DNA of 64,000 nucleotides from Octopus sinensis (lineage: Eukaryota). The stretch lies in the NCBI RefSeq assembly GCF_006345805.1, contig NC_043010.1, forward strand, positions 46,314,001 through 46,378,000. The letters run 5' to 3'. Shown here in pieces: positions 24,400 through 37,400 of this stretch. The stretch's first letter is position 1. The number at the start of each line of letters is the position of its first letter. The notes below the pieces were generated by a model that saw only the letters and a program-made list of their open reading frames with translations, was not told where the DNA came from and ran no database searches. Made by a program: the position numbers and the translations under genes.

Positions 24400-24720
24400 G
24401 CCAAACATTTGAATTACCCTAACAGGGTGCATAGCTCGGAAATCCAGGAATCTCTCCAAGTCAAGCTGTTATTTCTCTTGCTTTGAGAGGCTACAATTCC
24501 ATGGCTACGGACATGTCATTAAAATGTCGCTGGAAAGAATCGCAAGATGGATTCTTCAAGCTGAGCCAACCAGCAGGAAAATTAAAAACAGACCAAGAAT
24601 GAGATCCATATTCTCAGTTGGTCATAATTGGTAATCCAGGTGGAATGTGCAATGATAGTTGGTTTTGATATGATCCTATGGAGGAGGTGCCTGAGGACTC
24701 TATCCCCCACCCCCAGGAAT
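24400..24720 (+). mobile_element. Degenerate LINE ORF2 C-terminus (RTE-like)
   Basis: RLQFHGYGHVIKMSLERIARWILQAEPTSRKIKNRPRMR resembles the R(L)xWxGHVxRM...RPRxRW motif. Confidence 0.65.
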
Positions 24721-25207
24721 ATTGGGCAGAGAAACTGAATGGTGTTACAGTCCATTCGACAGGCTTCCAAATTTTTTTCATTTACACAATTTCATGCACA
24801 AGACTTAGAGGCTACATCTACATAAATAGCTTTTCCATTTTTGTCAGCTTTTGATTAAAAAAAAAATTATTGACTGGCAATGAAATAACACATTGTGATT
24901 TAACATATTTTTCATTCTTTACTTACACATAGTAAAATAATCATGTTATTATTGTACCTAGATATAAAGCAGTGAGCTGATAGAATTGTAAGCATGCTGG
25001 GCAAAATGCTAAGCAGCATTTTGTCTGTCACTATGTTCTGAGTTCAAATTCTGCCAAGGTCAACTTTGCCTTTCATCCTTTCAGGATTGATAAAATAAGT
25101 ACCAGATGAACAGCGGGACCAAAGTAATCGACTTACCCCACCCCTGAAATTGCTGGCCTTTTGTCAAAATTTGAAACCATTATTGTGTGTAGATATGAAA
25201 TTTAAAG

Positions 25208-25500
25208 TAACTAGCAGTATCGCCCGGCATTGCTCGGGTTTGTTTTGACCCTTTATAATTGGAATTTTTGAAAAGTAAAAATTTTGCATTATCTAGCTTG
25301 TTATTCTCTTTAAGTGAACATTTTTCTGGTTGAAATACACTGAAAAATGGTGACACAGCAGTAAAAAAATCGTAAAAAATAGGGATTTCCAGGAACCAAT
25401 GGGTCTGTGGCCTTTGATTGACCAAAATTATCCAAAATTTGAAAATTTTAAAAGCTATTAATTTTTATTTATTAACTTATGGCAAAAATTAATTTTGTTT
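25208..25500. mobile_element. Probable Helitron-type remnant
   Basis: Terminus actagcagtatcgcccggcattgctcggg with a GC hairpin next to CTAG. Confidence 0.45.
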
Positions 25501-27985
25501 TCATAATTAGCATACAAAACTAAATCAGTACTCCTAATTTGAAAGCAACTGAAACAAACTTAGAAAAAAGAGTAGAAATCTCTGACAGCAACAACAAAGA
25601 TTCCTGGAACTTATTCTCATCATCTACAAGGAGTATACTGCCCAAATACCATGAAACAGTTGTATGAGCTTTAATCTCTAAGTATGTGAACCACATCCAC
25701 ATACTGAATTATATTCATGTCTAAGTTTAAATGTTTTCCACAAAATCCCTTTTATTGTGCTTCTCTGTGCAAAGTAGATTACTCTGCTTGCCTCAGCTAA
25801 TTTTCTCTCTTACTCTGCATCTCTCCCATGTGACAGTAAAGTTAGTTTGAGAAAGATATCAAATAGATGACAGAAAGTATTTCCCTTGCCACATCAACAT
25901 ATATATATATATTAGTAAATTGATAGTGAACACGGTTTTTAAAGAGTTTTTACAGACAAAATCTGCTATGTTCATTTGGGATGCTTTTTGAGATACTGAG
26001 TAACATCATACTGGGGATAGACACTATTACTGGTTTAATTAATCGGATCATTGACATTATCCATTAATAATTAATTGTTGGCGCCTTTAGTAATTATTTC
26101 AGTTCAGTGTGGGAGCCTCAGCATAGTCTCTTGATCATTTAGATAAAAGCAGCCAAATTTCCCTCAAATCTCACCATCCATCTTAAAATACGAAAGAACT
26201 CATTGGACAGTTTAGCCCTAGATTTACAAAAAGACAAGATAACCATGACTGAAACACTTCCGATCTAGGTCTGCTTGATCAAAGCTGATTTGGAATTAAA
26301 CAACAGTAATTTCAGATACAAAGCATATGTTGGTGTATAGAAATTACAGAAGGTTAAAATAACAGACTTGGTTTAATGAAAATGGTAGAATTTCATTGCA
26401 AAGCTTGTAAAGAACCGTTAAAATAGAATACAGTTCAGTCATATAGTCTTGTTCATTATAGATGCAGGTATGGTTGCGTGGTTAAGAACCTCATTTTGCA
26501 ATCAAATGGTTCCGTCCCACTGTGCAACACCTTGAAGAGGTGCCTTATACAATAGCCCTAGGCTGACCAATGTTTTGTGAGTGAATTTAGTAGACAGAAA
26601 CTGTACAAAAGATCATCATATATACGTGTGTGTGTATGTGTTCGTACTTGTGTGTTTATTTGTATTTATCCCTCTATCATCACTTGATGACAGTGTTGTT
26701 TACTCCCCCATAACTTAGTAACTTGGCAGAAGAGATTGATACAAAAAGTACCAGATTTTAAAAGCACAAGTACTGAGGATAATTTGTTCGACTAAACCCT
26801 TCAAAGCAGTGCTCCAGTATGGCCACAGTCCATTGACTGAAACAAATAAAAAGCAAAAGATAAATCGTTATTGTTGTTGAATGCAATTTCAGTGAGCACT
26901 TTTATCACTGGAAATAAATGAGGTGATTTCTGTTTTGTAATAAAAGCCATCTTTCATTGATTACTAGTAAGTCATGTCTGCCGTCTATATCGTCCAAATT
27001 CACTGAAAGCATTCATACATTTCAATCAGTTTTAGCTTAAGTTACTTAGTTAACCTATTCTAAAGAAAAGTTTATGGAATTTCATATCAAATCTAGTTTA
27101 CTGGAAGATTTTGCTCATGTAAAAATTGCATTTTCTGTAACGTTTATCTGAAATTTTCTAGCATATGACACTGAAGTTTAGTAACATCTGGAAAGAAATG
27201 AAATGAGTGAAATATAATGGATTTTCAATTTGAGCTGAAACGCTTTAAGTGCAGACAAATTAAGATAAGACATTCATTTAGAGTTAGCTCTTGTTGATAC
27301 TTAGATGTGTTTACTGAATAAGATACCAAACTGTTGGAAACAGTCTATTTTTGATCCACTTACATCTTACTCTATAAATAAAACCCAAAATTGTACTATC
27401 AGATAGTGCGTAGTTTCTTCCTACTCTCAGAACATTAACTACAGACATTATAGTTCTTACACTTTTTCTTTCCTTCTCTCTTTTTATTATATTTAAATAA
27501 TGATCTTATCATGTACTCTATTGCTTGGTTATTTTCTCAAGGGTTCTGTTCTAAAATGCAGAATTGAAATGAAAATAAAATGTAATTCAATTTAAGAATA
27601 ATCAATGTTTCTGTTCTTTAAGCAAATGAAAGTCTAAATGAACTAGATATTTCGAAAAAGTAATGCATTGATTCAAAGTAGCAAAAGAACTAATGCAAGA
27701 GTTGACATTTGGTCAGTATTTAGAATAAGTAGTTTAGCCAATTTTTGTGAGAGTATCATTTACAAATATCCATTGACAGCATTTTATATTTTTTCATTCT
27801 CCTGACATCACTTTAATCAAATGTTTTACATTTGTCAGTCACCTGGGGTTTTTTTTTCATCATGTTGTAATAAAAAAACAAAACATCTGATTCAGATGTC
27901 AAGTGTTACCTGAAGCTGCTGATATCAAACAGGCTTCAGACTGCAATTGTTTTTTTTTTTTCTTATCTTGGACTAATTTTCTTAC

Positions 27986-28030
27986 CTAAAAATGGTTTGC
28001 AGTGCTGTGACAACTTAGACATGTTTTCAT
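27986..28030 (-). CDS. Exon B (45 nt, phase 1-1): (Y)ENMSKLSQHCKPFL
   Basis: Acceptor gtattgcag|AT, donor TAG|gtaaga; open and phase-compatible with A and C. Confidence 0.65.
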   Translation of the reverse strand: MKTCLSCHSTANHF

Positions 28031-29620
28031 CTGCAATACAGCATGTCTTTTTGGTATATTTGGTTATAGTTTGTATAGTGGTATAGCAAATGATTCTCAC
28101 TCCTTTTTACAATTCAGAGTAGAATTTCAGTTTATTACAGCACCACCAAATGAAACTCATTAATTTATATAGTATCTCAGCCACTTAAGTTGATGAAGTG
28201 TATTCCCAGATTCTGTCTATTTATAAATGGATTGAATTATTGAATTAATTATCTTCGCCAAAGACAATACACAGTTGCAAAGATGGATTATGAATTTTGT
28301 TCTCTTCATGGTACAATTCAATTAACTGTTCATTCACAAGAACTTTTAATTGAAGTCTTTTTCTTTAATGATTGTGTTGTGTAATGCTGTTTTGTTATGA
28401 AGTTAATATCAATTTCAAATTTTGGCACAAGGCCAGCAATTTCATGGGAGGGTGTAAATCAATTACATTGACCACAGTGCACAACTGGTACTTTTTTTAT
28501 TGACCCAGAAAGGATGAAAGGCACAGTTGACCTCAGCAGAATTTGAACTCAGAGCATAAAAGCAGACAAAATGCTGCTAAGCATTTTGGCTGGCATGGTA
28601 ATTATTCATTAATATTAAAAAAAATAATAAATGTGCCCTTTTATGACCTAGCCAGGCTCATGGGCCTGGTTTCACAGTTTCTATTGCGTATATGTTCCCC
28701 AGCTGGACGGGGCACCAGTCCATCGCAGCGTTACTCATTTTTGCCAGCTGAGTGGACTGGAGAAATGTGAAATGAAGTGTTTTGCTCAAGAACACAATGT
28801 GTCGCCCGGTCCAGGAAGCAAAACCACAATCTTACGATCATGATGCGGACGTTAAACCACTAAGCCACGTGCCTCCACATTCATTAATATTAACAGTCAT
28901 TAATACTAAGTTCATATTTTTCTTAGCATTGCTTTACTAAAAACCCTGTTTTCTACATTTAAATTAAACACTTAAAAGCTTATTTAAATTTCTTTTCATG
29001 TTTATTATATTTACTTTTATATAATTAATCAGGTTGTGTGGTAGGAATCTTGGTTCCCAACCACATGGTTCGGTGTTCAGTCCCACTGCTTGGCACCTTG
29101 GCCAAGTGTCTTCTAATATAGTCTCAGGCTGACCAAAGCCTTGTGAGTAGATTTGATTGACAGAAACTGAAAGAAGCCTGTCATATATATATATGTATAT
29201 ATATTTATTTCTGTGTGTCTTTGTGTCTGTATTTGTCCTCCCCACCACCACTTGACAACTGGTGCTGTTATGTTTACATCCCTGGTTCAGCAAAAGAGAC
29301 CAATAGAATAAGTACAATAAGTACTGAGGTTAATACATTCAACTCAAAATTCTTCAAGGCAGTGTCCCCACATGGTGGCAGTCTAGTGACTAAAACAAGT
29401 ATAAAAATAAAAGAACTGTTCTAATAATTTATTGTATTCTTTTCTATAAATATTCATTATTAACCTAGTAACATAAAATACTATTTTCTTACCATTGCCA
29501 AATATATTTAAGAAAACATTTACATGGTACCTTGGCATTAGTCAGAATTGATTTGTTAATGAGTAACAAAACTAAAAAAAACCCAAAAAACTAAACAATG
29601 AAAAAATAAATAATGAAGAT

Positions 29621-30005
29621 AGGAGTGGCTGTGTGGTAAGTAGCTTGCTTACGAACCACATGGTTCTGGGTTCAGTCCCACTGCGGGGCACCTTGCACAA
29701 GTATCTTCTGCTATAGCTTCGGGCTGACCAAAGCCTTGTGAGTGGATTTGGTAGGCGGAAACTGAAAGAAGCCTGTCATATGTGTATATATATATGTGTA
29801 TGTTTGTGTGTCTGTGTTTGTCCCCCCAACATCACTTGACAACCAATGCTGGTGTGTTTACGTCCCCCGTAACTTAGCAGTTCAGCAAAAGAGACCGATA
29901 GAATAAGTACTAGGCTTACAAAGAATAAGTCCTGGGGTCGATTTGCTCAATTTAAGGTGGTGATCCAGCATGGCCACAGTCAAATGACTGAAACAAGTAA
30001 AAGAG
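29621..30005 (+). mobile_element. SINE family A
   Basis: High similarity to 13962-14364. Confidence 0.9.
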
Positions 30006-30006
30006 C

Positions 30007-30271
30007 ATAGTCTGGATGTTATATCATTATCATCATCATCGTTGTCATTTAACGCCCACTTTCCATGCTGGCATGGGTTGGACGGTTTGACTGCACCAGG
30101 CTCCAGTCGGATCTGGCAAAGTTTCTACAGATGTAGAAACTTTACCAGATCCAATTGAAGCTTGGTGCAGCCTTCTGGCTCGCCAGTCCTCTGTCAAACC
30201 GTCCAACTCATGCCAGGATGGAAAGCGGACGTTAAACGATGATGATGACGATGATATAACATCCAGACTAT
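30007..30271. repeat. Fold-back palindrome with a 2-nt spacer
   Basis: atagtctggatgttatatc...tttctaca|ga|tgtagaaa...gatataacatccagactat. Confidence 0.95.
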
Positions 30272-30708
30272 CTCCATTATTTCTTTTTTTTTCTTTGTTT
30301 GGTTTGTTTCTTTTGAGTTCTGTTGCAATGTTTTAATTCCAGTATTTACATTAACATCATCAAACAACTTCAGAAAATATGCACATTGTCTCTGTTTTTG
30401 AAATTTTGTAGCATTTATTCATTTCTCAACATTTTATATTGCTTATGGCTACATAGTAGAATAATCAGTTCTTTTATCCAACAGATGTTGGTTTCAAGAT
30501 CCATACATTGAAATAAATAAACACACATGCACACACATCAGCTTAATAGAAGTTCCCTGGTGAAAAACCTCACCAGGAGCTACATACATCTAGCTTGGTG
30601 AATGAAGATATATATCTTTCTGATTGCATCTCGAATTCATCTCAGTTTACTTATACGACTATGTTTATTCATAACTTTAAAAAAAAACTAAAACAACTTT
30701 TGACTTAC

Positions 30709-30765
30709 ATTCTGTAATTGTCCATGAGCTGTATGGATCAAATATGTAGATATTGAAACTTGTGT
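30709..30765 (-). CDS. Exon A (57 nt, phase 1-1) of unidentified minus-strand gene: (x)TSFNIYIFDPYSSWTITE
   Basis: Strong acceptor tcattttctgtcttcccatcatgtgtag|AC and donor AAT|gtaagt; open frame; joins exon B in phase. Confidence 0.7.
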
Positions 30766-33507
30766 CTACACATGATGGGAAGACAGAAAATGATACAGGG
30801 GTGACTCAAATGTCATTTAGTGTTAATATAGACTAACAAACAAGATAGATTGAGGTCAAGTTCTTAATGTATGCTTTCTCTTTCCTCTCTCTTTATCCTT
30901 CACCTCCCACTTTCTCCCACAGCCTTCACCCCCCTCTTTGCTGCATTCATTAATCATCTTGATCCTAGTGCTCTATTGACTGCCATAACTCAGGGATTCT
31001 AGGATAATGTCTACTACCCTGCTATTCATACAATTAGTTGCCCAGATCACTCCAGGCAAATTGAACTAAATATGCCCTGGCAATTTATTAATTCAACAAG
31101 ATTACTTTTAGATTGTAACAGCTTTAGGATAATGAATATTGTCCCATCTTTTGATAACATTTCCTAAAATATAAAAGAAATATTCTCCTATATTTTTCAG
31201 TCATTTGACTGTGGCCATGCTGGAGCACTGCCTCAAAGGGTTTTTTTTAGTTGAAGAAATTGACCCCAGGACTTATTCTTTGTAAGCCTAGTACTTATTC
31301 TATCAGTATCTTTTGGTAAACTGCTAAGTTACGAGAATGCAAACATACCAGCATTGGTTGTCACGTGATGACGGGGGGCAAAGATCCATAAAGATATATG
31401 TGGGTGTATATATATATAGATAGATTATGGATAATTGTTAGCTCATTACAGCTGTTTCAGATGCATTTTTTAATAGAAGAATGAGAACATTACTCCATTA
31501 CAAAAAATCGTAATCATCAGATGAAAAGTAATTTTACAAACAAAAGAATATCCCAAGAATACAGCAGGGACATGGCTGAAGTCTGTCAAGATTAAGTAAG
31601 AGATAGGAGATAGGGTTTTGAAAGTCTTCCAGCCCAAACCCTATCTACTCAGTTAGTTGTAACTCATCAAACATTAATACCAAATAATATTTTTGCTACA
31701 TCATTCATTATCAGGTGGTCAGGGTTTTTTTCTGTTATACCAGTATAAGACATTGAGCTACATTTCTTTTCTCTAATCTTCATCAACAAATAAGTGGTTG
31801 GGGGTCCTTATTTTATAGCTAGACTGAGTGCGATGTAGCAGATATCTGAACTTCTGATATTTTGATTTAGAAACTAATTTAATTACTGACCACCCTCAAA
31901 CTGGTTAACCACCTTGTTAAAACTGTGTTTGATAGTTAAACTGGCCATATCCAACCCAGTCTGGCTTTTTACACCTATTCTACATTGTCGTTTTAAAAAT
32001 ATACAAACACATCATCAAAATCTCATAGTTACGAGATAATATACAGGATTAATTCAAAACATTGTGAATAAATAAGCATTACATTTGACAGAGTAAACTG
32101 AATGCTTTTAAAGAGTTAAACAAATGTGACGGATGTTTTCTTTTGAGTACTGCTTCAAGTTAATGTGTCTTTTGGTCTCTAAACTGTTATAGCTGGACGT
32201 GGTCTATTCATATACAGCATAATCTATTTACATTTTGATGGTGATCTTTTTTTTTTTTTAAATGTTCCTACACTTCCAAAAAAGGGTTACTCAACTGATT
32301 AGCATGGAGTTGATCACTAATATTCCTCAACCTAACTTGCCTCCCCCTAATCTCTTTTTCTCTACCCTTTCAACAACTACAACTGGCTGGTGTTGCAAGG
32401 CCTCTACTTCAACATTCCTGATTCATTCATCACTCTCCTTCCTGTCACTTATATTGCGTCTGTCTCTACCCACAAACCTGACACTAATCACAACATCCAT
32501 TCCTTCCTTTTCAGAATGATGCCCCTCTCCCAACTAAGCTTCCTCCCAGTGCATGTTTTTCCTGTAGTCTTTCTAATTATAACAGCTTCAGGAGAAAGTA
32601 AACAGCACCAATCTCATTCATCTTGAAGAGTTTGTGAAGGTCATGGTTAATCTCCTTCCTCCAGACCAAACCAAATACAAACCTCAATTGCTATGTTTTA
32701 TATAATTAGAAACTGAATATTGCATTCATGGGGCACTTGTAATTTATGATTCTATTTATTGATATCTTTTCCGCTTTCCCTAACTTCTAGATAATTTTTA
32801 TATTATGCCTCTTTAAATTCTCATTTCAAATCACAAAGACAATATGAAATAGAAAAAACTCTCCAGTTTTGCTAAGAACAGGACAACTTTTCTTGTGTTG
32901 ATGCTATATGCACTAAGAACACTATATATAATGATTGGGCATTGAACAAGGACAACATGATATTGAGAAGTTTCTTTAGTATTGCTGACCGTCTTTCTAG
33001 TGCTGGTGCTGTGATAACCTGCAGTGTATGATAAGCATTCACTGTAAATTGTTGATAACATTCATTGTAAAGTGTTGGTGACAGGAAGGGCAACCAGTTG
33101 TAGAAACCATGCTAAAAATGGAACAAACAAATGACAAGAAGGATACTAACTCTGAATAACACCTGCATCAGTCCATGAGAACATATCTAACCCATGCCAC
33201 CATGGAAAAGCAGATGTAAACTGATAATGATGATGGTGATTGACTTTGCCTTTCATCCATAAATTAATTATAACTTTTCCAAAGGTGGCAAGCTGGTCTG
33301 TATTGCCAGAGCTTCAGAGAAATACATTATTATATTTCTTCTAGCACTTTATGATCTAAGTACAAATGCTTCCAATGTTTGAACTTTCTGACTTTGCCAA
33401 AATAGAGTACTAGTCAAGTACTGGAGCCAGAGTGACTGATTACTCCCCACTCCACTCACAAACGCTAGCTTTGTACATGAATTGGAAACATTATCATTAT
33501 TATTTTT

Positions 33508-34400
33508 AAGGCAGCGAGCTGGCAGAATCATTAGCACACTGGGCAAAATGCTTAGTGGCATTTCATTTATCCTTACATTCAGAGTCCAAATTCCACCTAG
33601 GTCAACTTTGCCTTTTATCATTTCAGGGTTGATCAAATAAGTACCATCTACATTCTAGGGTCATTGTAATCAACAATTTCAGGCCTTGTGCCTACAGTAG
33701 AAAGGCTTATTATTATTGTTGTTGTCATCATCATCATCATCATCATCGTCGTTGTTGTTGTTGAGGCAGCATACTGGCAGATTTGTTAGTGCACCAGACA
33801 TGGCATTTCCTTTGGTTCTTAATATTCTGAGTTCAAATTCCACTAAGGAAGACTTCGCCTTTCATCCTTTCAGTCATTAAAACAAGTACAAGTTGAGCAC
33901 TGGTAAATTGCTGGCCATGTGCCAAACTTTGATACAATTAAGGTGCCAAACTGTCAAAATCACACCAGACAAAATGCTTTGTGACTTTTCTACTTGTTTA
34001 CATTCTGAGTTCACATTCCACTGAGGTCGACGTTTTGCTTTTCATCCTTTTGGGGTCAATAAAATAAGTACCAGTTGAACACTGGGGTTGATGTAATTGA
34101 CTTTGCTCCCTCCCCTAAAATTTCTGGCCTTGTGCCAAAATTTGAAACCATTATTAGTAGTATTAATATTATTAAGGTGGTGAGCTGACAAACTTTTTAG
34201 CACAGTGGATGAAATGCTTAGTGGCATTTCACCCGTCTTTACGTTCTGAGTTCTAATTCCACCAAGGTTGACTTTGCCTTCCATTATTTCAGAGTCAGTG
34301 AAATAAGTACCAGTTGAACACTGGGGTCAATGTAATCAACTTAGCCCCTCCTCGGACTTATTGGCCATGTGCCAAAATTTGAAACCATTATTATTAGTAT
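33508..34400 (+). mobile_element. Four head-to-tail copies of a family-B SINE variant (gtgccaaaatttgaaaccatt(att)n tail)
   Basis: Heads at about 33508, 33763, 33940 and 34174, each following the simple-repeat tail of the previous copy. Confidence 0.8.
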
Positions 34401-37400
34401 TATTATTATAAATTTTGAAATGTTGCTTTGAAATGCCATGACATTTGTTATAAGTATACTTTAAAATTGTTTTAATTCTGTTCTGTGTCTTTTATATTGG
34501 TATTCTTAGAACAGCCCCCCTTGAGTATTCTGTTTTCCATCTTCTAAAGAAACCTTTTAAGAATTTCAAGTTTGTGTCATGTGATTTTGTATTGCAAATG
34601 AATAATTTAAGTAGTATTAAGCTGAGGATAATAAGGTTATGTTTCTAGAAATAATATTGATAACACCACCATGTCTACATTTGGCACCTTCAGCTAAGAC
34701 AGTTTTTGAGATAATACAAGGATTGGTGTTATTGCTTGCTAACTTGTTTGAACAGAAGCCATTTGTGCTTATTAACAGTTAGCAAGCAATAGGATTTTAG
34801 ATAAGGAGTTTTGCTAAATATTTATCAACTCTCCAGGGAAGCTGTGTAATAAAATAATAGTTCTATAAAATGACAAAGACTAGAGAAAGAAGTAAGTTAG
34901 CTAGCATTCCACGATTTTGTTGTCTATTTGCAATATAGCTCTGAAATGCCTAAAAATATTGGCCTGGGAATTTTACCTATAAAAGCATTTCAGTGGGATG
35001 AGTGAAAATGTAATAAAAGAAATTGCTTTTTGTGTTTTGCTAGGTTATTTTTTGTTTGTTGTTTTTAAATATTTTCAGTGCTTTTTTGTTTGACCAGCTA
35101 CATTTTAAATAGTTTGAGGCTTAGCTATAACATTAAAGTACCTTAAAATAGAAGCCATTATAACACTTAAGCAAGAAAGAAATAGCTTTCATTCTAAATG
35201 AGGTTATGGTTTGAAACATCATCAATGTCATAATACGTCGTTTAGCCTCAGGTCAGCCCTGACCAAACAGAAACCTCTGATCAAAGTACAATCAAGCCTT
35301 GGCACTTTCATTCTTTTTCAGCATTGTGTATCTTAGATCCATTATCCAGTGTGTACTTTTTGTTTTAAGACAGTAGTATGTGATTTGAGGGAAATTTGAT
35401 TGCTATTTTTAGTAGGCGTTTCCTGTGTGATAAAAAGTTTTTTCCCAACCTCACGGTTCCAAGTTCAGCCCCACTGCATGGCACCTTGGGCAAGTGTCTT
35501 CTACTATAGCCTAGGGGTAACCAAAGCCTTATGGATGGATTTGGTAGACAGAAACTGAAAGAGGACTGTCATGTGTATGTGTCTTTGTCCCTCCACCAGT
35601 GATTGACAACTTGTGGTTCAGCAAAAGCGACTGTTAGAATAAGTACTGGGGCCAATTCATTTGACTAAAAACTCTTAAAGGCAGTGCCCCAGCATGGTCA
35701 CAGTCTAATGACTGCAATAAGTAAAAGATCAAATGCCCACCTTCTCTACGATGGCGTATATTTTCTCTACAACATATTTGTGTCTATTGCAATGTTTCAT
35801 CGTTTCTCTATGAAGCTAACATTCCTGGAATCTAACATCACCACTTCTTCCTCAGTTTATTTGTGCTTTGCCTTATGGGCAGTTTGACATCACATATCTA
35901 ACCTAACAGCTCCTGTCCACTTCATTTCTCTGCAAACTCTTCAGACCTATTGCATCAATCTTTTGTTACCAAATTTCTATCGACGCACATCGCCTTTATT
36001 TCAAATTTTGAAAATAAAGAAGAATTTAACCAAATAACTTTTCATTGTTAAGCTGGTGTTTGGAACATAAACCAGCATGAAAATTTAATGAGAGGTTTTA
36101 ATTTAACCCTGTAGCATTCAGATTACTCTGTCAAATGTAATACATATTTATTCACATTGATTTGAATTAATCATGCATTATTGTGTAGCTTCGAGATTTA
36201 AATGATGTAATTGCTTATGTTTTGAATGACATTGTTAGGTACAAGTAAGAGGCCAAATTTGGCTGATTTGAATATAAAATGGATATAAAATTTTGTACCA
36301 AATATGTTTGGTTTAAATGCTAAAGAGTTAAATCACTTCAAAACAGGAAGTTTGTTTCATAGAACCAAGGCAGGTGCTCTCAAAAGACTTGAGGCTATGA
36401 AAATGGTTCATCTGTTGAACATCACATTAGTTTGGGAACAGACTTGTATTACTGTAACACTCATTTAAAAAGACTATGAAGAAAAAGAAATAATGCTTTT
36501 TTTATATAGCACCTTGATTTTAGGATTTCAACTCTGTTGTGGAGGGTGGGTTTTTTGCCAGTTAACCTAGACTGGCACTTTATTTATGAACACTGGAAGT
36601 GCAAGAGGCAAAGTTAACTTCATCAGAATTTGAAGTGAGAACTCAAGATGCTGAAATAGTTCTATAACGTAGAGGGGAGAAAACAAAAACCTCTGATCAC
36701 TTTATGAATTTGGAACAGAGCAGACTCACATGAAGATAGATTGTATTTAGTCTTAGTTAATTTATTGTGATTAAAAAAACCTGAAAATTTTTTTCTTCTT
36801 AGTTGATGTGTTTTGGAGATATTGAAATATTTTGTTAACAAGCCATACAATATTGCTTTCAGGTTTTGGCACAAGGCCAGCTGGTTCAGCAGGTGAGGGT
36901 AAGTCAATTACATCGACCCCACTTATTATTATCAATGCTGAAAGATGAAAAGCAAAGTTGACCTCAGCAGAATTTGTATTCAGAATGCAGAGGTCGACGA
37001 AATGCCACTAATTCTTTTGCCCGGCGTGCTAATAATTCTACCAGCTCACTGCCTTAACATGCCATACAATATTAAATAGTAGTGTGCATAAACTAATCCT
37101 CAAGGTTTGATAAGTTTCTGCTATATTTAGTGTATTCTGCATGCATCTCGAATTTCATGCATTCATTAAGTCTGTTAAATTAAAACACTCTACTTAGTTA
37201 TTTCTTCAAAACTGCTTTCTCAAACAGCTGTTATTTCCTGTTGATTCTTGAATCTTACAAATGAAGCTATAATTTTACGGGAAGCTTGACCTCCTCTCAA
37301 ATAGGGTTGTATGAAACATTTCATAAAAGGTTAAAATAAAAATAAATAAAATTTCAGACAATTTGTAATAATGTTTGTTTTATTGAATTGCTTATCTTAT

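Noticed and set aside
25520-25830. Possible exons in a unique region (ORF 25520..25702 and AEASRVIYFAQRSTIKGILWKTF)
   Set aside because: No acceptor/donor pair with both good context and a phase fitting the B-C junction
28240-28385. Plus-strand peptide YLRQRQYTVAKMDYEFCSLHG
   Set aside because: In-frame stop immediately upstream, no polypyrimidine acceptor, no recognised homology
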